Shown piece by piece: positions 51,879 to 61,516 of a stretch of 64,000 nucleotides of DNA. The translations under genes were made by a program, and so were the position numbers. Under the pieces are notes generated by a model, which was not told the DNA's origin, made no database searches, and saw only the letters and a program-made list of their open reading frames with translations. Position 1 is the stretch's first letter. Every line of letters starts with the position of its first letter. Origin of the DNA: Oligoflexia bacterium (GTDB lineage Bacteria; Bdellovibrionota; Bdellovibrionia; JABDDW01); contig JAYTHU010000231.1 of NCBI GenBank assembly GCA_043732305.1, positions 1-64,000 of the forward strand. The letters run 5' to 3'.

Positions 51879-52358
51879 ATGAAATTTTTTAAGCAGATCT
51901 TTGCAAGTCAAATATTACGATTGAGGAACGTCAAAGAAGGAGACGAAATTTACTTTGTGTTTCTTCGCGTGTCCCAAGTTTTGTCCGTCGTGACAACGCT
52001 TTACGCCTTAGTGCTCATTGCACCTATGTCCATAGAACTATCGGAGATAGGTGCCCCTGGATTCACCCCAAAGCTTTTTGTGCCACTCATTATTTCATTT
52101 GTGGTGATCTTTACTGCGTGTGAAATCGCTCTACGATGCCTCGACAAAAATAAAATCGTTGGATTCTATCTTGGTTTATTTATAGCGATGCATTACTGTT
52201 TTGGCATCGGCATTATCTTGGGGCTGTTCGGCTTTTATAGTTTACTGAATCCTTCGGCTCAGAAAAGATTTCTAAAAGATGCACCTCCATGGCTCAAAGA
52301 GTTCCTCACTTTTTGCAGAATTAATCACCTGGCCAAAGAGGACACAGAAATAGTCTAA
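51879..52358 (+). CDS. Hypothetical membrane protein
   Basis: 159-aa ORF with 3-4 TM helices and an AAGGAA RBS; a sigma54-like TGGCAC-N5-TTGA lies upstream at 51831. Confidence 0.6.
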   Translation: MKFFKQIFASQILRLRNVKEGDEIYFVFLRVSQVLSVVTTLYALVLIAPMSIELSEIGAPGFTPKLFVPLIISFVVIFTACEIALRCLDKNKIVGFYLGLFIAMHYCFGIGIILGLFGFYSLLNPSAQKRFLKDAPPWLKEFLTFCRINHLAKEDTEIV

Positions 52359-52429
52359 TTTACTCCTCGCCATAGGGCTGGGCGCCTAATGTAACCCCTT
52401 TATCAAACCGAATAGACACAGGGGTTACT

Positions 52430-54442
52430 TTGGGAAAATTACGAGTCTTTACCAAATCTATTTACAAGAAGGCACTCGAATGCCCGACCAAACTTTTTTA
52501 TTTAAAGAAACCCAGCGAGTACGCAAACGAAGACAAGGCCAATGACTTTTTAAAAGCTCTTGCTCGCGGAGGATTTCAAGTCGGAGCTTTGGCTCGATGC
52601 TATTATCCCAAGGGGCATCTCATAGACACCCTCGATCATGAAGATGCGGTCAGACAAACCGATGCACTTCTGAACGAAAAAAACGTAATCATATTCGAGG
52701 CAGCTTTCAAATTTGAGAATTATTTCATTCGAGTAGATATTCTTCGCAAACAAGGAAATCTTGTCGACCTCATGGAAGTGAAGTCTAAGAGTGCAGATCC
52801 CGCAATATTCGAAGATGAGCTATGGGCGGTGAGCCCTTTGAAGCAAGGCATCTATCAGCTTAAGGCAGTTTGGTATGACTATATTTATGATGTCGCTTTT
52901 CAAACATTTGTTCTTAGAAAATCAAAACCTGATTTTACGGTGACACCGTACCTTGTATGTGCGGACAAATCAAAAAAAGCAACAGTCGATGGACTCAATC
53001 AGAAATTTTTAGTCAGGAACAATAATAGTTGCGGAAAGATAGAAATCCACGGTGATGTCTCGCTGTCATCTCTCGGCACGCGCATTTTGTGCGATCTCGA
53101 TGTGACCGAGGCTGTAGACAAAATTCTTAGCGACGAAGAAATGAGTGAAAAATCCAACGGGTTGCAGTTCCAAGAATCTGTCGAGCTGTACTCAAAAATG
53201 TTCGTCACAGACAAAAAGATTTCAACGCCAATTGGGAAACATTGCAAAACATGTGAATTTCGCTCAGATGACGGATTTTTGAAAAGTGGATTTCATGAAT
53301 GTTGGAAAGAACTCGCAGATCTGACCGCGGAGCAAATGTCCAAACCATTGATTTATGATATTTGGAGATTCTTAGGCTCTAACGATCTAATAAAAGATAG
53401 AAAATATTTTTTGACCGATGCTTCAATCGAAGATGTTGATCCCAAAGAAGAACCGAATCGTGCTGGTTTATCTCAAAGCCAACGGCAGTGGCTTCAGGTC
53501 GAACATGCTCAAAACAATTCACCGGAAGAATACATTGATATGGATGGGCTATCCTCGGCCCTCCGACTTAAATATCCCCTCCATTTCATTGACTTTGAAA
53601 CTTGTATGGTGGCCATCCCATTTTCAAAAGGGAGAAGGCCTTATGAGCAAATCGCGTTTCAATTCTCACATCACATCGTTCATGAAGACGGACGCATCGA
53701 GCATCAGGGGCAATACATAAATGCAAAACCTGGTGTATTTCCTAACTTTGATTTCGTTAGAGCTTTAAAGAAAGAACTTGAAAATGATAACGGATCTATT
53801 TTTAGATACTCGCATCATGAAAACACTGTTCTTAATCAAATCAGAGATCAGCTTGCTGAAAGCACTGAGAGGGACAAAGACGATCTCATCACATGGATCA
53901 AAACTATAACTTACCGAAAAGGCGAAGGCATCGGGCTTCGCTCAATGATAGATCTCTGTGAACTTGAAATGCATTATTACTTTCATCCAGCAACTGGCGG
54001 TTCAAATTCAATAAAGAAAGTTCTTCCCGCAATCTTAAACGAATCAAAATTTTTGCAGGATAAATATTCAAAAGCTATATACGGAAAGCACGAAAAAATC
54101 GTGTCACGTAATTTTGATTCTCAGATCTGGATAGAATTGAAAGACGGTAAAGTTTTAGATCCCTATTCGAGGCTCCCAAAAGTTTTTAATGATTATGATC
54201 GCAATACTTTAGATCTCTTGATGGATGATGACGAACTTGCGGACGGTGGCGCCGCCATGACCGCCTATGCCTATTTACAATTTTCAGAAATGTCTGACGA
54301 CGAGCGCGGGAAAATAGAATCGGCCCTGCTCAAATACTGCGAGTTAGACACCTTCGCGATGGTTATGATTTGGGAACACTGGATGGAACGGATAAAATCG
54401 CCACCAAATTTAACCGAGCCTGCACGGCAGCGGAAAGAATAA
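52430..54442 (+). CDS. DUF2779-like nuclease (PD-(D/E)XK N-domain plus RNase H-like domain)
   Basis: ECPTKL, FEAAF...VDIL...EVKSK, CKTCEF...EC, IDFET, PYEQIAFQFSHH, SIKKVLPA, LLKYCELDT.AMV. Confidence 0.75.
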   Translation: MGKLRVFTKSIYKKALECPTKLFYLKKPSEYANEDKANDFLKALARGGFQVGALARCYYPKGHLIDTLDHEDAVRQTDALLNEKNVIIFEAAFKFENYFIRVDILRKQGNLVDLMEVKSKSADPAIFEDELWAVSPLKQGIYQLKAVWYDYIYDVAFQTFVLRKSKPDFTVTPYLVCADKSKKATVDGLNQKFLVRNNNSCGKIEIHGDVSLSSLGTRILCDLDVTEAVDKILSDEEMSEKSNGLQFQESVELYSKMFVTDKKISTPIGKHCKTCEFRSDDGFLKSGFHECWKELADLTAEQMSKPLIYDIWRFLGSNDLIKDRKYFLTDASIEDVDPKEEPNRAGLSQSQRQWLQVEHAQNNSPEEYIDMDGLSSALRLKYPLHFIDFETCMVAIPFSKGRRPYEQIAFQFSHHIVHEDGRIEHQGQYINAKPGVFPNFDFVRALKKELENDNGSIFRYSHHENTVLNQIRDQLAESTERDKDDLITWIKTITYRKGEGIGLRSMIDLCELEMHYYFHPATGGSNSIKKVLPAILNESKFLQDKYSKAIYGKHEKIVSRNFDSQIWIELKDGKVLDPYSRLPKVFNDYDRNTLDLLMDDDELADGGAAMTAYAYLQFSEMSDDERGKIESALLKYCELDTFAMVMIWEHWMERIKSPPNLTEPARQRKE

Positions 54443-54500
54443 TAATTTTAATGAAATTGATCAATTTCCCGTGAAGTCAAAAAAGTAAAGAAGCTATTGG

Positions 54501-54519
54501 CATAGTATAGGGGACTATG
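54501..54519. promoter_or_regulatory. CsoR/RcnR-family operator
   Basis: Inverted repeat CATAGT-ATAGGGG-ACTATG with a central G-tract, between TTGGCA and TGnTATCAC, just upstream of rcnR. Confidence 0.7.
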
Positions 54520-54534
54520 TTATCACTCTTAATT

Positions 54535-54810
54535 ATGGCACACACGCAACATGCAAAATCAAAACTAATTCTACGAGTCCGACGAATGAAGGGGCAACTT
54601 GAAGCCGTGGAGAGAGCCTTAGAAAAAGACGAAGACTGTTCAACTATATTAAGGACTGTTGTTTCCTGTCGTGGCGCCCTCAATGGACTCATGGCAGAAC
54701 TCATGGACGGAGAAATTCGATACCATGTTTTAGATTCCCAAAGCGGCAAAGCTAAACAAATGAAATCTGCGGATGATTTAATTGCGCTCATCCATTCGTA
54801 CTTAAAATAG
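54535..54810 (+). CDS. rcnR: RcnR/CsoR/FrmR-family metal-sensing repressor
   Basis: MAHT...L..RVRR.KGQ.EA.ERALE...C..IL.....RGA.NGLMAE; upstream of rcnA. Confidence 0.85.
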   Translation: MAHTQHAKSKLILRVRRMKGQLEAVERALEKDEDCSTILRTVVSCRGALNGLMAELMDGEIRYHVLDSQSGKAKQMKSADDLIALIHSYLK

Positions 54811-54834
54811 TCTCAACCTACCCCTGGAGCAAAT

Positions 54835-55890
54835 ATGCAAAACCCTCTCAGTCTTGTTTATTTTCCCGCCGCTGTAGCCCTGGGAGCACTTCATGCTCTT
54901 GAGCCAGGGCATGCAAAAGCACTCACAGCTTCTTATCTCATTGGAATAAAGGGCACAAAAAGAGATTCAATTGTCTTAGGACTTTCTGTAGCCTTAACCC
55001 ATTCTATCGTCGTTGTTGGGATATCTTCTATTGGACTTTGGCTTGGGAACGAAGCATTTACGGGCCGCGCGACGGAGTGGCTCGAGTACGGAAGTGGCGT
55101 TCTTGCAATTGTCATTGGAAGCTGGATGCTTTGGAGAAGGCTTGCGCTTCGCCATCGAATTGCTGCTCACGATCACGGTCACCATCACCATGCCCCCGAT
55201 CCAGTGCTCGTAAACGGGAAGTCACTGCAAGGCAAACTAGAAATTGTCGATAGTCCACTAGGCGAAAGAATGAAATTCACAGCCACTAAAAATATCTCAG
55301 AGAATGAGCTTGTTATTGAGATTGCGAGAGGTGGAAATTCAATCGAAAAACTAATCCTCATAAAATCTCCAGATCACGACGGAATTTTTCTGAGCACCGC
55401 TGCACCTCAAGAACCCCACGAGTTTTCCGCCCGTCTCATTTTAAAAATGGAAGCAGAAAAAGAAGTTTTTAATTTTTCTATAACTGAACCGGAAGGTCAC
55501 GGTGATCATGATCATCTCGATGACGTCGCCCACGCTAAAGCCCATACCGATACTTTGCCTGATTATGTTAAAAAGGGCGAGAAGCCAAGTATCGGCCAAA
55601 TAGCACTTTTTGGAGCAGCGGGCGGAATGATTCCGTGCCCAGCTTCCATCACAGTCATGCTGCTAGCACTCTCAACTGGTAGAGCTGCAATGGGATTTGT
55701 CACAGTTTTGGGATTTAGTCTTGGTTTGGCCGCATCACTTGTAGGGATTGGCGTATTGGTTGTGACGGGACTAAGTCATATATCAACCTCCGGGCGATTC
55801 TCCGCTGTGAGTAAATTTGCGCCAGTTATAAGCGCCTGCCTGGTTATCCTTTCGGGATTTTTTGCTTTGCTCATTGCTCACAGGGGTTAA
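54835..55890 (+). CDS. rcnA: Nickel/cobalt efflux transporter RcnA with an inserted soluble domain
   Basis: LGALHALEPGHAK, THS.VV, His-rich loops, GG.IPCPA.ITV.L, FS.GLA. Confidence 0.88.
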   Translation: MQNPLSLVYFPAAVALGALHALEPGHAKALTASYLIGIKGTKRDSIVLGLSVALTHSIVVVGISSIGLWLGNEAFTGRATEWLEYGSGVLAIVIGSWMLWRRLALRHRIAAHDHGHHHHAPDPVLVNGKSLQGKLEIVDSPLGERMKFTATKNISENELVIEIARGGNSIEKLILIKSPDHDGIFLSTAAPQEPHEFSARLILKMEAEKEVFNFSITEPEGHGDHDHLDDVAHAKAHTDTLPDYVKKGEKPSIGQIALFGAAGGMIPCPASITVMLLALSTGRAAMGFVTVLGFSLGLAASLVGIGVLVVTGLSHISTSGRFSAVSKFAPVISACLVILSGFFALLIAHRG

Positions 55891-56035
55891 AATGGCACTC
55901 AACAGCTCAACAGGCTTCTGAGCATAATTACGAGTAGTTTTGGTACATCCCAATTTTTAATCGGCAATAAACCCTCTATAATTCAATTTCTAACAAACTA
56001 TATCGAACTGCAATCCACCCACATAACTATTTTAG

Positions 56036-56051
56036 AGGCACGAATTATGCA
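56036..56051 (+). promoter_or_regulatory. Putative sigma54 promoter upstream of the USP gene
   Basis: AGGCAC-GAATT-ATGCA (GG-N10-GC). Confidence 0.4.
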
Positions 56052-56181
56052 CACTTTAGGATTGTTTTATAAAAACCTGTGCTAAAGGCTAGAGATGAAT
56101 GCAAATCATAAAAAAACACACTTCTACCAATTAAGACCAATTTCTGCTTCGAACAATCTTTTCAAAGCGGAGAGAAAAAAA

Positions 56182-57009
56182 ATGGCCAATCGTAAAATCA
56201 AAACACTTATAGTCGGAGTAGATTTTTCAAAGTATTCAAAAGTTGTAGTCCAGCAAGCAAAAATGCTTTCTGAAAAACTAAAAATTCCTATTGTCTACGT
56301 GAATATTTTTGAGCAGCCCTATGTCTCAGAATGGATTTTAAAAACAGCTTTAGCGGAGCTTGAGAGGCACTTTGAAAAAGAAATTAGGAAAACCTATAAA
56401 CTAAATAAAAAAGACAAAGTCATCGTCAGGTGCGGACAGGCATTTCAGCACATTCTAGATATCGCAAAGAAATTCACTAACCCACTTATAGTTGTAGGGC
56501 ATCGTGGAAAAAGTGGTGTGTTCGCTAGATTTTTTATTGGAAGCACTGCTGAAAGACTTGCCTTGAAATCTCCTTTTCCCGTATGGATTCATCGCGGGAA
56601 AAGGCCAATTTTTCCCAAACACGTGCTCGTCCCATGTGACCTTACCAAACGCGGCCGTCATGCGCTAGATTCTGTTAAAGCTATGGGATTTGGAAGTAAT
56701 CTTCAAGTGGAACTCTATCATGTGATCCAACCACCATTCCCGGTTTTGGACTATGCTGCTTGGTCAAATACATATGAGAGAATAAAAGAAAAAAATATAA
56801 GTATGATTCGGATGTTCAAAAAGAAGAATCCTGGTTTAAAAGTCGTTGAAATCGAAGGTGATATCAATGAAGAAATTGAACAACAGAGTAGGAAGTTTGA
56901 CCTCGTTGCGATCACTCCCCGTGAACACAAAGGTTCATTTGCCAGTTTCGGAAGTGTCACGTCCAAGGTAGTGAGGCAGGGAGATACTTCGGTTCTAGTG
57001 GTGCCTTGA
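56182..57009 (+). CDS. Tandem universal stress protein
   Basis: IVGVDFS, VVGHRG...FIGSTAE, second domain VLVPCD...GSVT.KVV....SVLVVP; GGAG RBS before ATG 56182. Confidence 0.9.
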   Translation: MANRKIKTLIVGVDFSKYSKVVVQQAKMLSEKLKIPIVYVNIFEQPYVSEWILKTALAELERHFEKEIRKTYKLNKKDKVIVRCGQAFQHILDIAKKFTNPLIVVGHRGKSGVFARFFIGSTAERLALKSPFPVWIHRGKRPIFPKHVLVPCDLTKRGRHALDSVKAMGFGSNLQVELYHVIQPPFPVLDYAAWSNTYERIKEKNISMIRMFKKKNPGLKVVEIEGDINEEIEQQSRKFDLVAITPREHKGSFASFGSVTSKVVRQGDTSVLVVP

Positions 57010-57125
57010 GGTTATTGGCTGAATTCGAGAACTGATTCACCTAAGACATTTTTAAAGTTGGAGACTAAAATGCTTCCCAAATCTCACCGGACAAACCGCA
57101 TCGGTGCTTTCTTTGAAACCGTCGA

Positions 57126-57977
57126 TTGAAGGTCCAAGTAAAACAATGGATTAAGCCTGGTTTGATTTTATCTGTACTTTTTCTTTTCTCGCAGCTTTTA
57201 CCACCAAGTCCAATTGATCCCTGGAATCTCTTAAGTCTCAAAAAGATAATGAGTATGATTTTTGTTTTGGCTTTTATTCAAATTTTGGGCTCTATGGCAA
57301 TTCAACTTCTCGGCTTTCGAATCGGAGCGATTTTAACCGGTTTTCTCGGCGGGTTGGTCTCAAGCACAGCAACAACGGCTACTTTGGCTCGAAATAGCAT
57401 GCTGCTTCCAAATAAGGATGCCTCTTTAGAAAACTTGACGTTTCTATGCGCGACTCTTGCGATGCTGCTCGAAGCCTTGGCAATAACGGTTTTTGGAACC
57501 CAGAATTTTCACTTGCACCTATTAATTATATTCTTCGGCCCAATTCTAATCACTTTACTCATGATTATTTTTCAAGCTAGAACTGCCGAACTCAGGCCGT
57601 TTTCTTTGGAAAATACGCAAATTAATATTTTTCCTATTGTCAAGCTTTCTGCTTTTGTAATTGGCATTATAACGCTGTCAAAAATTCTACAGAATATTTT
57701 TGGACAAAGTGGATTGATCGGATTGACTTTCATCGCCTCGCTTTTTGAAATCCATGGATCCATCATTGCCAATACCCAATTGCATGATACAGGCGGGATA
57801 ACAGTAAGTTTTCTTGGTGGATTGTTGTCCCTTTCGATTACAGCATCTTATATTTCAAAACTATTCCTTGTAGCAACTTTAGGTAGCCCGTCACTAAAAA
57901 CTCGTGTCACCCAATCTACACTCTTCTTATTTTTATCTCTTACTTTAAGTTGGTTGATTTTTTCTTTCTTAAATTAG
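57126..57977 (+). CDS. DUF4010-like membrane protein (MgtC-associated family)
   Basis: LP...IDPW, G..LTG.LGGLVSSTATT..LA, many TMs; no MgtC N-domain. Confidence 0.75.
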   Translation: MKVQVKQWIKPGLILSVLFLFSQLLPPSPIDPWNLLSLKKIMSMIFVLAFIQILGSMAIQLLGFRIGAILTGFLGGLVSSTATTATLARNSMLLPNKDASLENLTFLCATLAMLLEALAITVFGTQNFHLHLLIIFFGPILITLLMIIFQARTAELRPFSLENTQINIFPIVKLSAFVIGIITLSKILQNIFGQSGLIGLTFIASLFEIHGSIIANTQLHDTGGITVSFLGGLLSLSITASYISKLFLVATLGSPSLKTRVTQSTLFLFLSLTLSWLIFSFLN

Positions 57978-58013
57978 AAATGACCTTGTGTCTCGAAAAA
58001 CCTTTCCAAGCTC

Positions 58014-59330
58014 TCAAATCAGGGGCCCTATGACTCGTCCCAATCCTTCAGCGAGGTCAACCCAGTATCCGTTTCGTAGGTTAGCGATGGAAGATTCTGA
58101 GAATGAATTTCTAAACCAATTTTCAACTTGGGAAATACCGGCAGGTGATAGCAATGAAACACCAATCTCATAGTTTAAGAGAAGACTTCTCATATCAAAA
58201 TTTGCGGATCCAATAACAGCATTCGTCTCATCAAAGAGAACAGCTTTTGCGTGCATCATCCTCGGATAAAAATTAATTCGGCAGCCCGACTGAGAAAGTT
58301 GTTTGAGATAAGTTCCACGAGCTAAATCTGCAAGGAAGTGATTTGAATTTTTAGGCACTAGAATTTGAACGTCCACTCCCCGCTTTCCGGCCAACTCCAA
58401 AGCCTTTGCTAATGACTCATCGGGAATAAAGTAAGGAGTCGCTATCCATACTTTCTTTTTTGCGCCATAGATTGAGGTCAATAACGAATCATAGAGGGCA
58501 TCCGCTTTCACATCAGGACCGCTCGGAATAATTTGGGCCATATTGTTACTAGAATTTCCCTCAGCACCGCTTCCTTTTATCAGCAAAGTTTCACCGGTCA
58601 CGAATTTCCAATCTTGTCGAAAAATAGCTTCCGTATCACGAGCGGAGGCGCCCTCAATGACAACGCACAAATCCATCCATGTGGAGGGGTTTGAATATAG
58701 CCCCATATACTCTCTCGCAATATTTACTCCACCTAAAAGAACTTTTTCCGAATCAACGCTTAAGATTTTCCGGTGATTTCTAAAATTTGATCGCCCCTTA
58801 GTTGGCAAGTGGATCAAAGGCATAAACTGGGCTATCTGACCACCGCAGTTTTTAAATTCTTTGAACGAAGGTTTATTGACCCAAAGAGCGCCAAGTGAAT
58901 CCAACAACACTCGAACCACAACTCCTTCTTTGGCTTTTTTCTCTAAAAGTTTGACCAAGGATTTTCCAACATCGTCATTGGCAAAAATAAAAGTCGAAAG
59001 GTAAATAGTATTTTTAGCCGATTCTAAAAGCTTCTCGATATTCGAATAAATCTCTTCCTCTGAAGATACTAAATGGATACTTCGATTCTCCTTGGGACGT
59101 AGCAGTCCATCGATATCTTTGTTTTGTGGTTGATTCTTAAATTTACGATTGCTTAGAAAAATATAAACGGGAATCCCTACGTAAGGGATAGTAGCAACAA
59201 AGAATAACCATGCTAAGGTGCTGCCAGGAGGTTTTTGCGTGCGTCGAAGAATATATGAAATAAAAATCAACGTGAGTACAAAATTTACAACGACGTACGA
59301 ATGGTGAAGCGGCCAGGTCTCTATTTTCAT
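58014..59330 (-). CDS. cls: Cardiolipin synthase (PLD family)
   Basis: N-terminal PLDc_N-type TMs (LAW), HKD motifs RNHRKILSVD and MMHAKAVLFD, TPYFIPD, GSANFD.RS..LN.E. Confidence 0.9.
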   Translation of the reverse strand: MKIETWPLHHSYVVVNFVLTLIFISYILRRTQKPPGSTLAWLFFVATIPYVGIPVYIFLSNRKFKNQPQNKDIDGLLRPKENRSIHLVSSEEEIYSNIEKLLESAKNTIYLSTFIFANDDVGKSLVKLLEKKAKEGVVVRVLLDSLGALWVNKPSFKEFKNCGGQIAQFMPLIHLPTKGRSNFRNHRKILSVDSEKVLLGGVNIAREYMGLYSNPSTWMDLCVVIEGASARDTEAIFRQDWKFVTGETLLIKGSGAEGNSSNNMAQIIPSGPDVKADALYDSLLTSIYGAKKKVWIATPYFIPDESLAKALELAGKRGVDVQILVPKNSNHFLADLARGTYLKQLSQSGCRINFYPRMMHAKAVLFDETNAVIGSANFDMRSLLLNYEIGVSLLSPAGISQVENWFRNSFSESSIANLRNGYWVDLAEGLGRVIGPLI

Positions 59331-59350
59331 CGTAACATTATAACTTATTT
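59331..59350. promoter_or_regulatory. Compact bidirectional, probably leaderless promoter
   Basis: Only 20 bp between divergent ATGs. Minus strand reads TATAAT-GTTACG-ATG; plus strand reads TATAAC-TTATTT-ATG. No SD on either side. Confidence 0.55.
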
Positions 59351-60091
59351 ATGAAAAAACTTAGAGTATTATCCTACAATATGCACAAGGGATTCAGCGG
59401 TGGAATTCCCAAGTATACCTTCCATCAGATGAGAGCGGAAATCAGGAAACTTGCGCCCGATTTAGTTTTTCTCCAAGAAGTTCAAGGAAATCACTTTGAG
59501 CTCATCGCGGGAGAAATGTGGCCGCATTTTTCATATGGGAAAAACGTCATTCGCCCACGGGGCCATCATGGCAACGCTTTTCTGAGTAAATTTCCGATTT
59601 TATTTTCGGAAAACATCAATATTTCACAGAATCGATTGGAGAAGAGAGGCCTTCTGCATGTTGTTCTGCAACAAGCGCCTGACCTTCCAAAACTACATGC
59701 GATCTGTACCCACCTCAATTTATTTGAAGCTAGCCGCCGAGTACAACTTGAGAAGATCGCTCTTCACATCAAAAACAATATTCCCGAAGTGGATTCACTG
59801 ATATTGGCTGGAGATTTCAACGATTGGAGACAAAGTGCCGATGGCATTTTATCAAAAAGTTTAAAACTTACTGAAGCCTTTAAAAAACTTCATGGAAAAC
59901 ACGCCAAATCTTTTCCCTCAAATTTTCCGATGTTGTCCTTAGACAGGGTTTATTTTCGAGGCTTTCAAACTCACAGAGCTCTATGCTTGAATATGCCGCC
60001 GTGGAATAAACTTTCGGACCATCTACCTCTATACGTCGAACTTCGCGAAGCAACTCATGAAAGCCAACCAATTATTTCTTCTCGACGATAG
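59351..60091 (+). CDS. Endonuclease/exonuclease/phosphatase family protein (YbhP-like)
   Basis: SYN.HKG, VFLQEV, HGNA.LS, CTHL, AGDFNDW, LDR.Y, LSDHLP. Confidence 0.9.
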   Translation: MKKLRVLSYNMHKGFSGGIPKYTFHQMRAEIRKLAPDLVFLQEVQGNHFELIAGEMWPHFSYGKNVIRPRGHHGNAFLSKFPILFSENINISQNRLEKRGLLHVVLQQAPDLPKLHAICTHLNLFEASRRVQLEKIALHIKNNIPEVDSLILAGDFNDWRQSADGILSKSLKLTEAFKKLHGKHAKSFPSNFPMLSLDRVYFRGFQTHRALCLNMPPWNKLSDHLPLYVELREATHESQPIISSRR

Positions 60092-60188
60092 TTTCCTCCT
60101 AAAATTTCACCCCAGGATCAACTTCATCGTCGCGCAAACACACGTGGGCTTCATCTTTGCTTTCTTTCATGACGACGGAGCCTTTCAT
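60072..60188 (-). pseudogene. Remnant of a small lipoprotein gene (internal deletion, nonsense codon)
   Basis: Reads MKGSVVMKESKDEAHVCLRDDEV-DPGVKF*EETIVEKK*. From memory this resembles the N- and C-terminal motifs of an uncharacterised Bdellovibrionota lipoprotein family joined together. Confidence 0.35.
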
Positions 60189-60364
60189 AGCTCTGTGTAG
60201 GGTGAGTTGCTCGATTCGCTTTTCTGAGTATTCGTTAATTTTCAGTTTTAAGTAATTTCAATAACTTGCCATGCTTCAATTGTCGCTCTTGTCTACTCGT
60301 GACCGTCAGTTTCGACGGGGGACGTTCCACAATTGGAGCGGAAAAGTTTTTTACTTTGTAAAGA

Positions 60365-61516
60365 TTAAGAAAAAGTGACGCGAGAATCAATGGGTAGACG
60401 AATCAAAAAGACTAGTCTGAGTACTAGCAAAAGACATACACTCAAAAGGACTGGGATCATATTTTCAACTTGGACTTTGCTTCCAACAAAAAATCCTAAA
60501 CATACACCCAGATCAATTAAAAAATTGAGGGTGCCGAGGCGTCTTCCCAAACTAATTTCTGGTCCACTAATTCCCGCGTAAATCTGCAAGTAAAAAGAAA
60601 ATAAAGGACAACAACAAATATAAAGCGAAGAAAAACCAATCACAACAAATGCTCTTTTTGAGATGAAGGCATAAATGATAAAACCTAAAGCTAATATGGT
60701 AATGGGTAAGAAAAACTGTTTGAGTTTTGCAGTTTCAATTTTTCTTATAAGCAACAGACCAATTAAGCTTGCTATTCCTCCACAAACCCAAAAAGCTGAT
60801 ACAAGAGATACAGATTTAAACAAAAGAATCTTTTGTACAAAAAAGGGATTCAATGGGATTGAAACTAAGCCAACCAAAATACATCCAAAAATAAAATCAA
60901 CCGACTTTAATCCCGCCAACTCCGCTAATATTTCAGAGCTCTTCATAATATCTTTAATTTTTTGTGTTAAAATTAATTCTCTTTTTGTAAGTAGATAGGA
61001 CTGTATGATACCAGCCCCAATATATAGTGTTGCGCAAAAGAAAATGGCCATAAAACCGAAATAGATAAAAATGAGCGGACCTGCACCAAAACCAATCAGT
61101 TTTGCGCACGTCACCAAAAATGTGCGATTGAAGAATCTGTGTTTTAATTCCGCAGTCGAGAAGCCGGCAAGAAGCCACTTAGACTCAACTACATTGCTCA
61201 TAGCTAAAATAAAATATAACAAAGGCAGGCTATAAATTGCAAAAACTAGATGTTTTGTTTTCAAAAAGGCAGAAATTGCCATCACTAGTAAAGCACAAAG
61301 GAATTGGCAAACAACGGCTGCGCGCTTTTGGAACCTGGAATCTGATATGATTCCCCCAAGCAAATCAAATCCTAGCGATCCTAAAATAGCGGAAAAATAT
61401 ATTTGAGAAAGATTATAATCGTTGTGATTCAGCGAAGACAAGAGAAGTGGAAAGCCAGTCCAAAAGAGACAACCAGCTAAAGTACTCATCAACGAAGACC
61501 CAAGAAGCAAAATCAT
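60365..61516 (-). CDS. MFS-type exporter
   Basis: ~12 TM helices, GG.ISD motif, LGR..G in the C-half; ATG 61516 overlaps the oxygenase TGA (ATGA). Confidence 0.75.
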   Translation of the reverse strand: MILLLGSSLMSTLAGCLFWTGFPLLLSSLNHNDYNLSQIYFSAILGSLGFDLLGGIISDSRFQKRAAVVCQFLCALLVMAISAFLKTKHLVFAIYSLPLLYFILAMSNVVESKWLLAGFSTAELKHRFFNRTFLVTCAKLIGFGAGPLIFIYFGFMAIFFCATLYIGAGIIQSYLLTKRELILTQKIKDIMKSSEILAELAGLKSVDFIFGCILVGLVSIPLNPFFVQKILLFKSVSLVSAFWVCGGIASLIGLLLIRKIETAKLKQFFLPITILALGFIIYAFISKRAFVVIGFSSLYICCCPLFSFYLQIYAGISGPEISLGRRLGTLNFLIDLGVCLGFFVGSKVQVENMIPVLLSVCLLLVLRLVFLIRLPIDSRVTFS

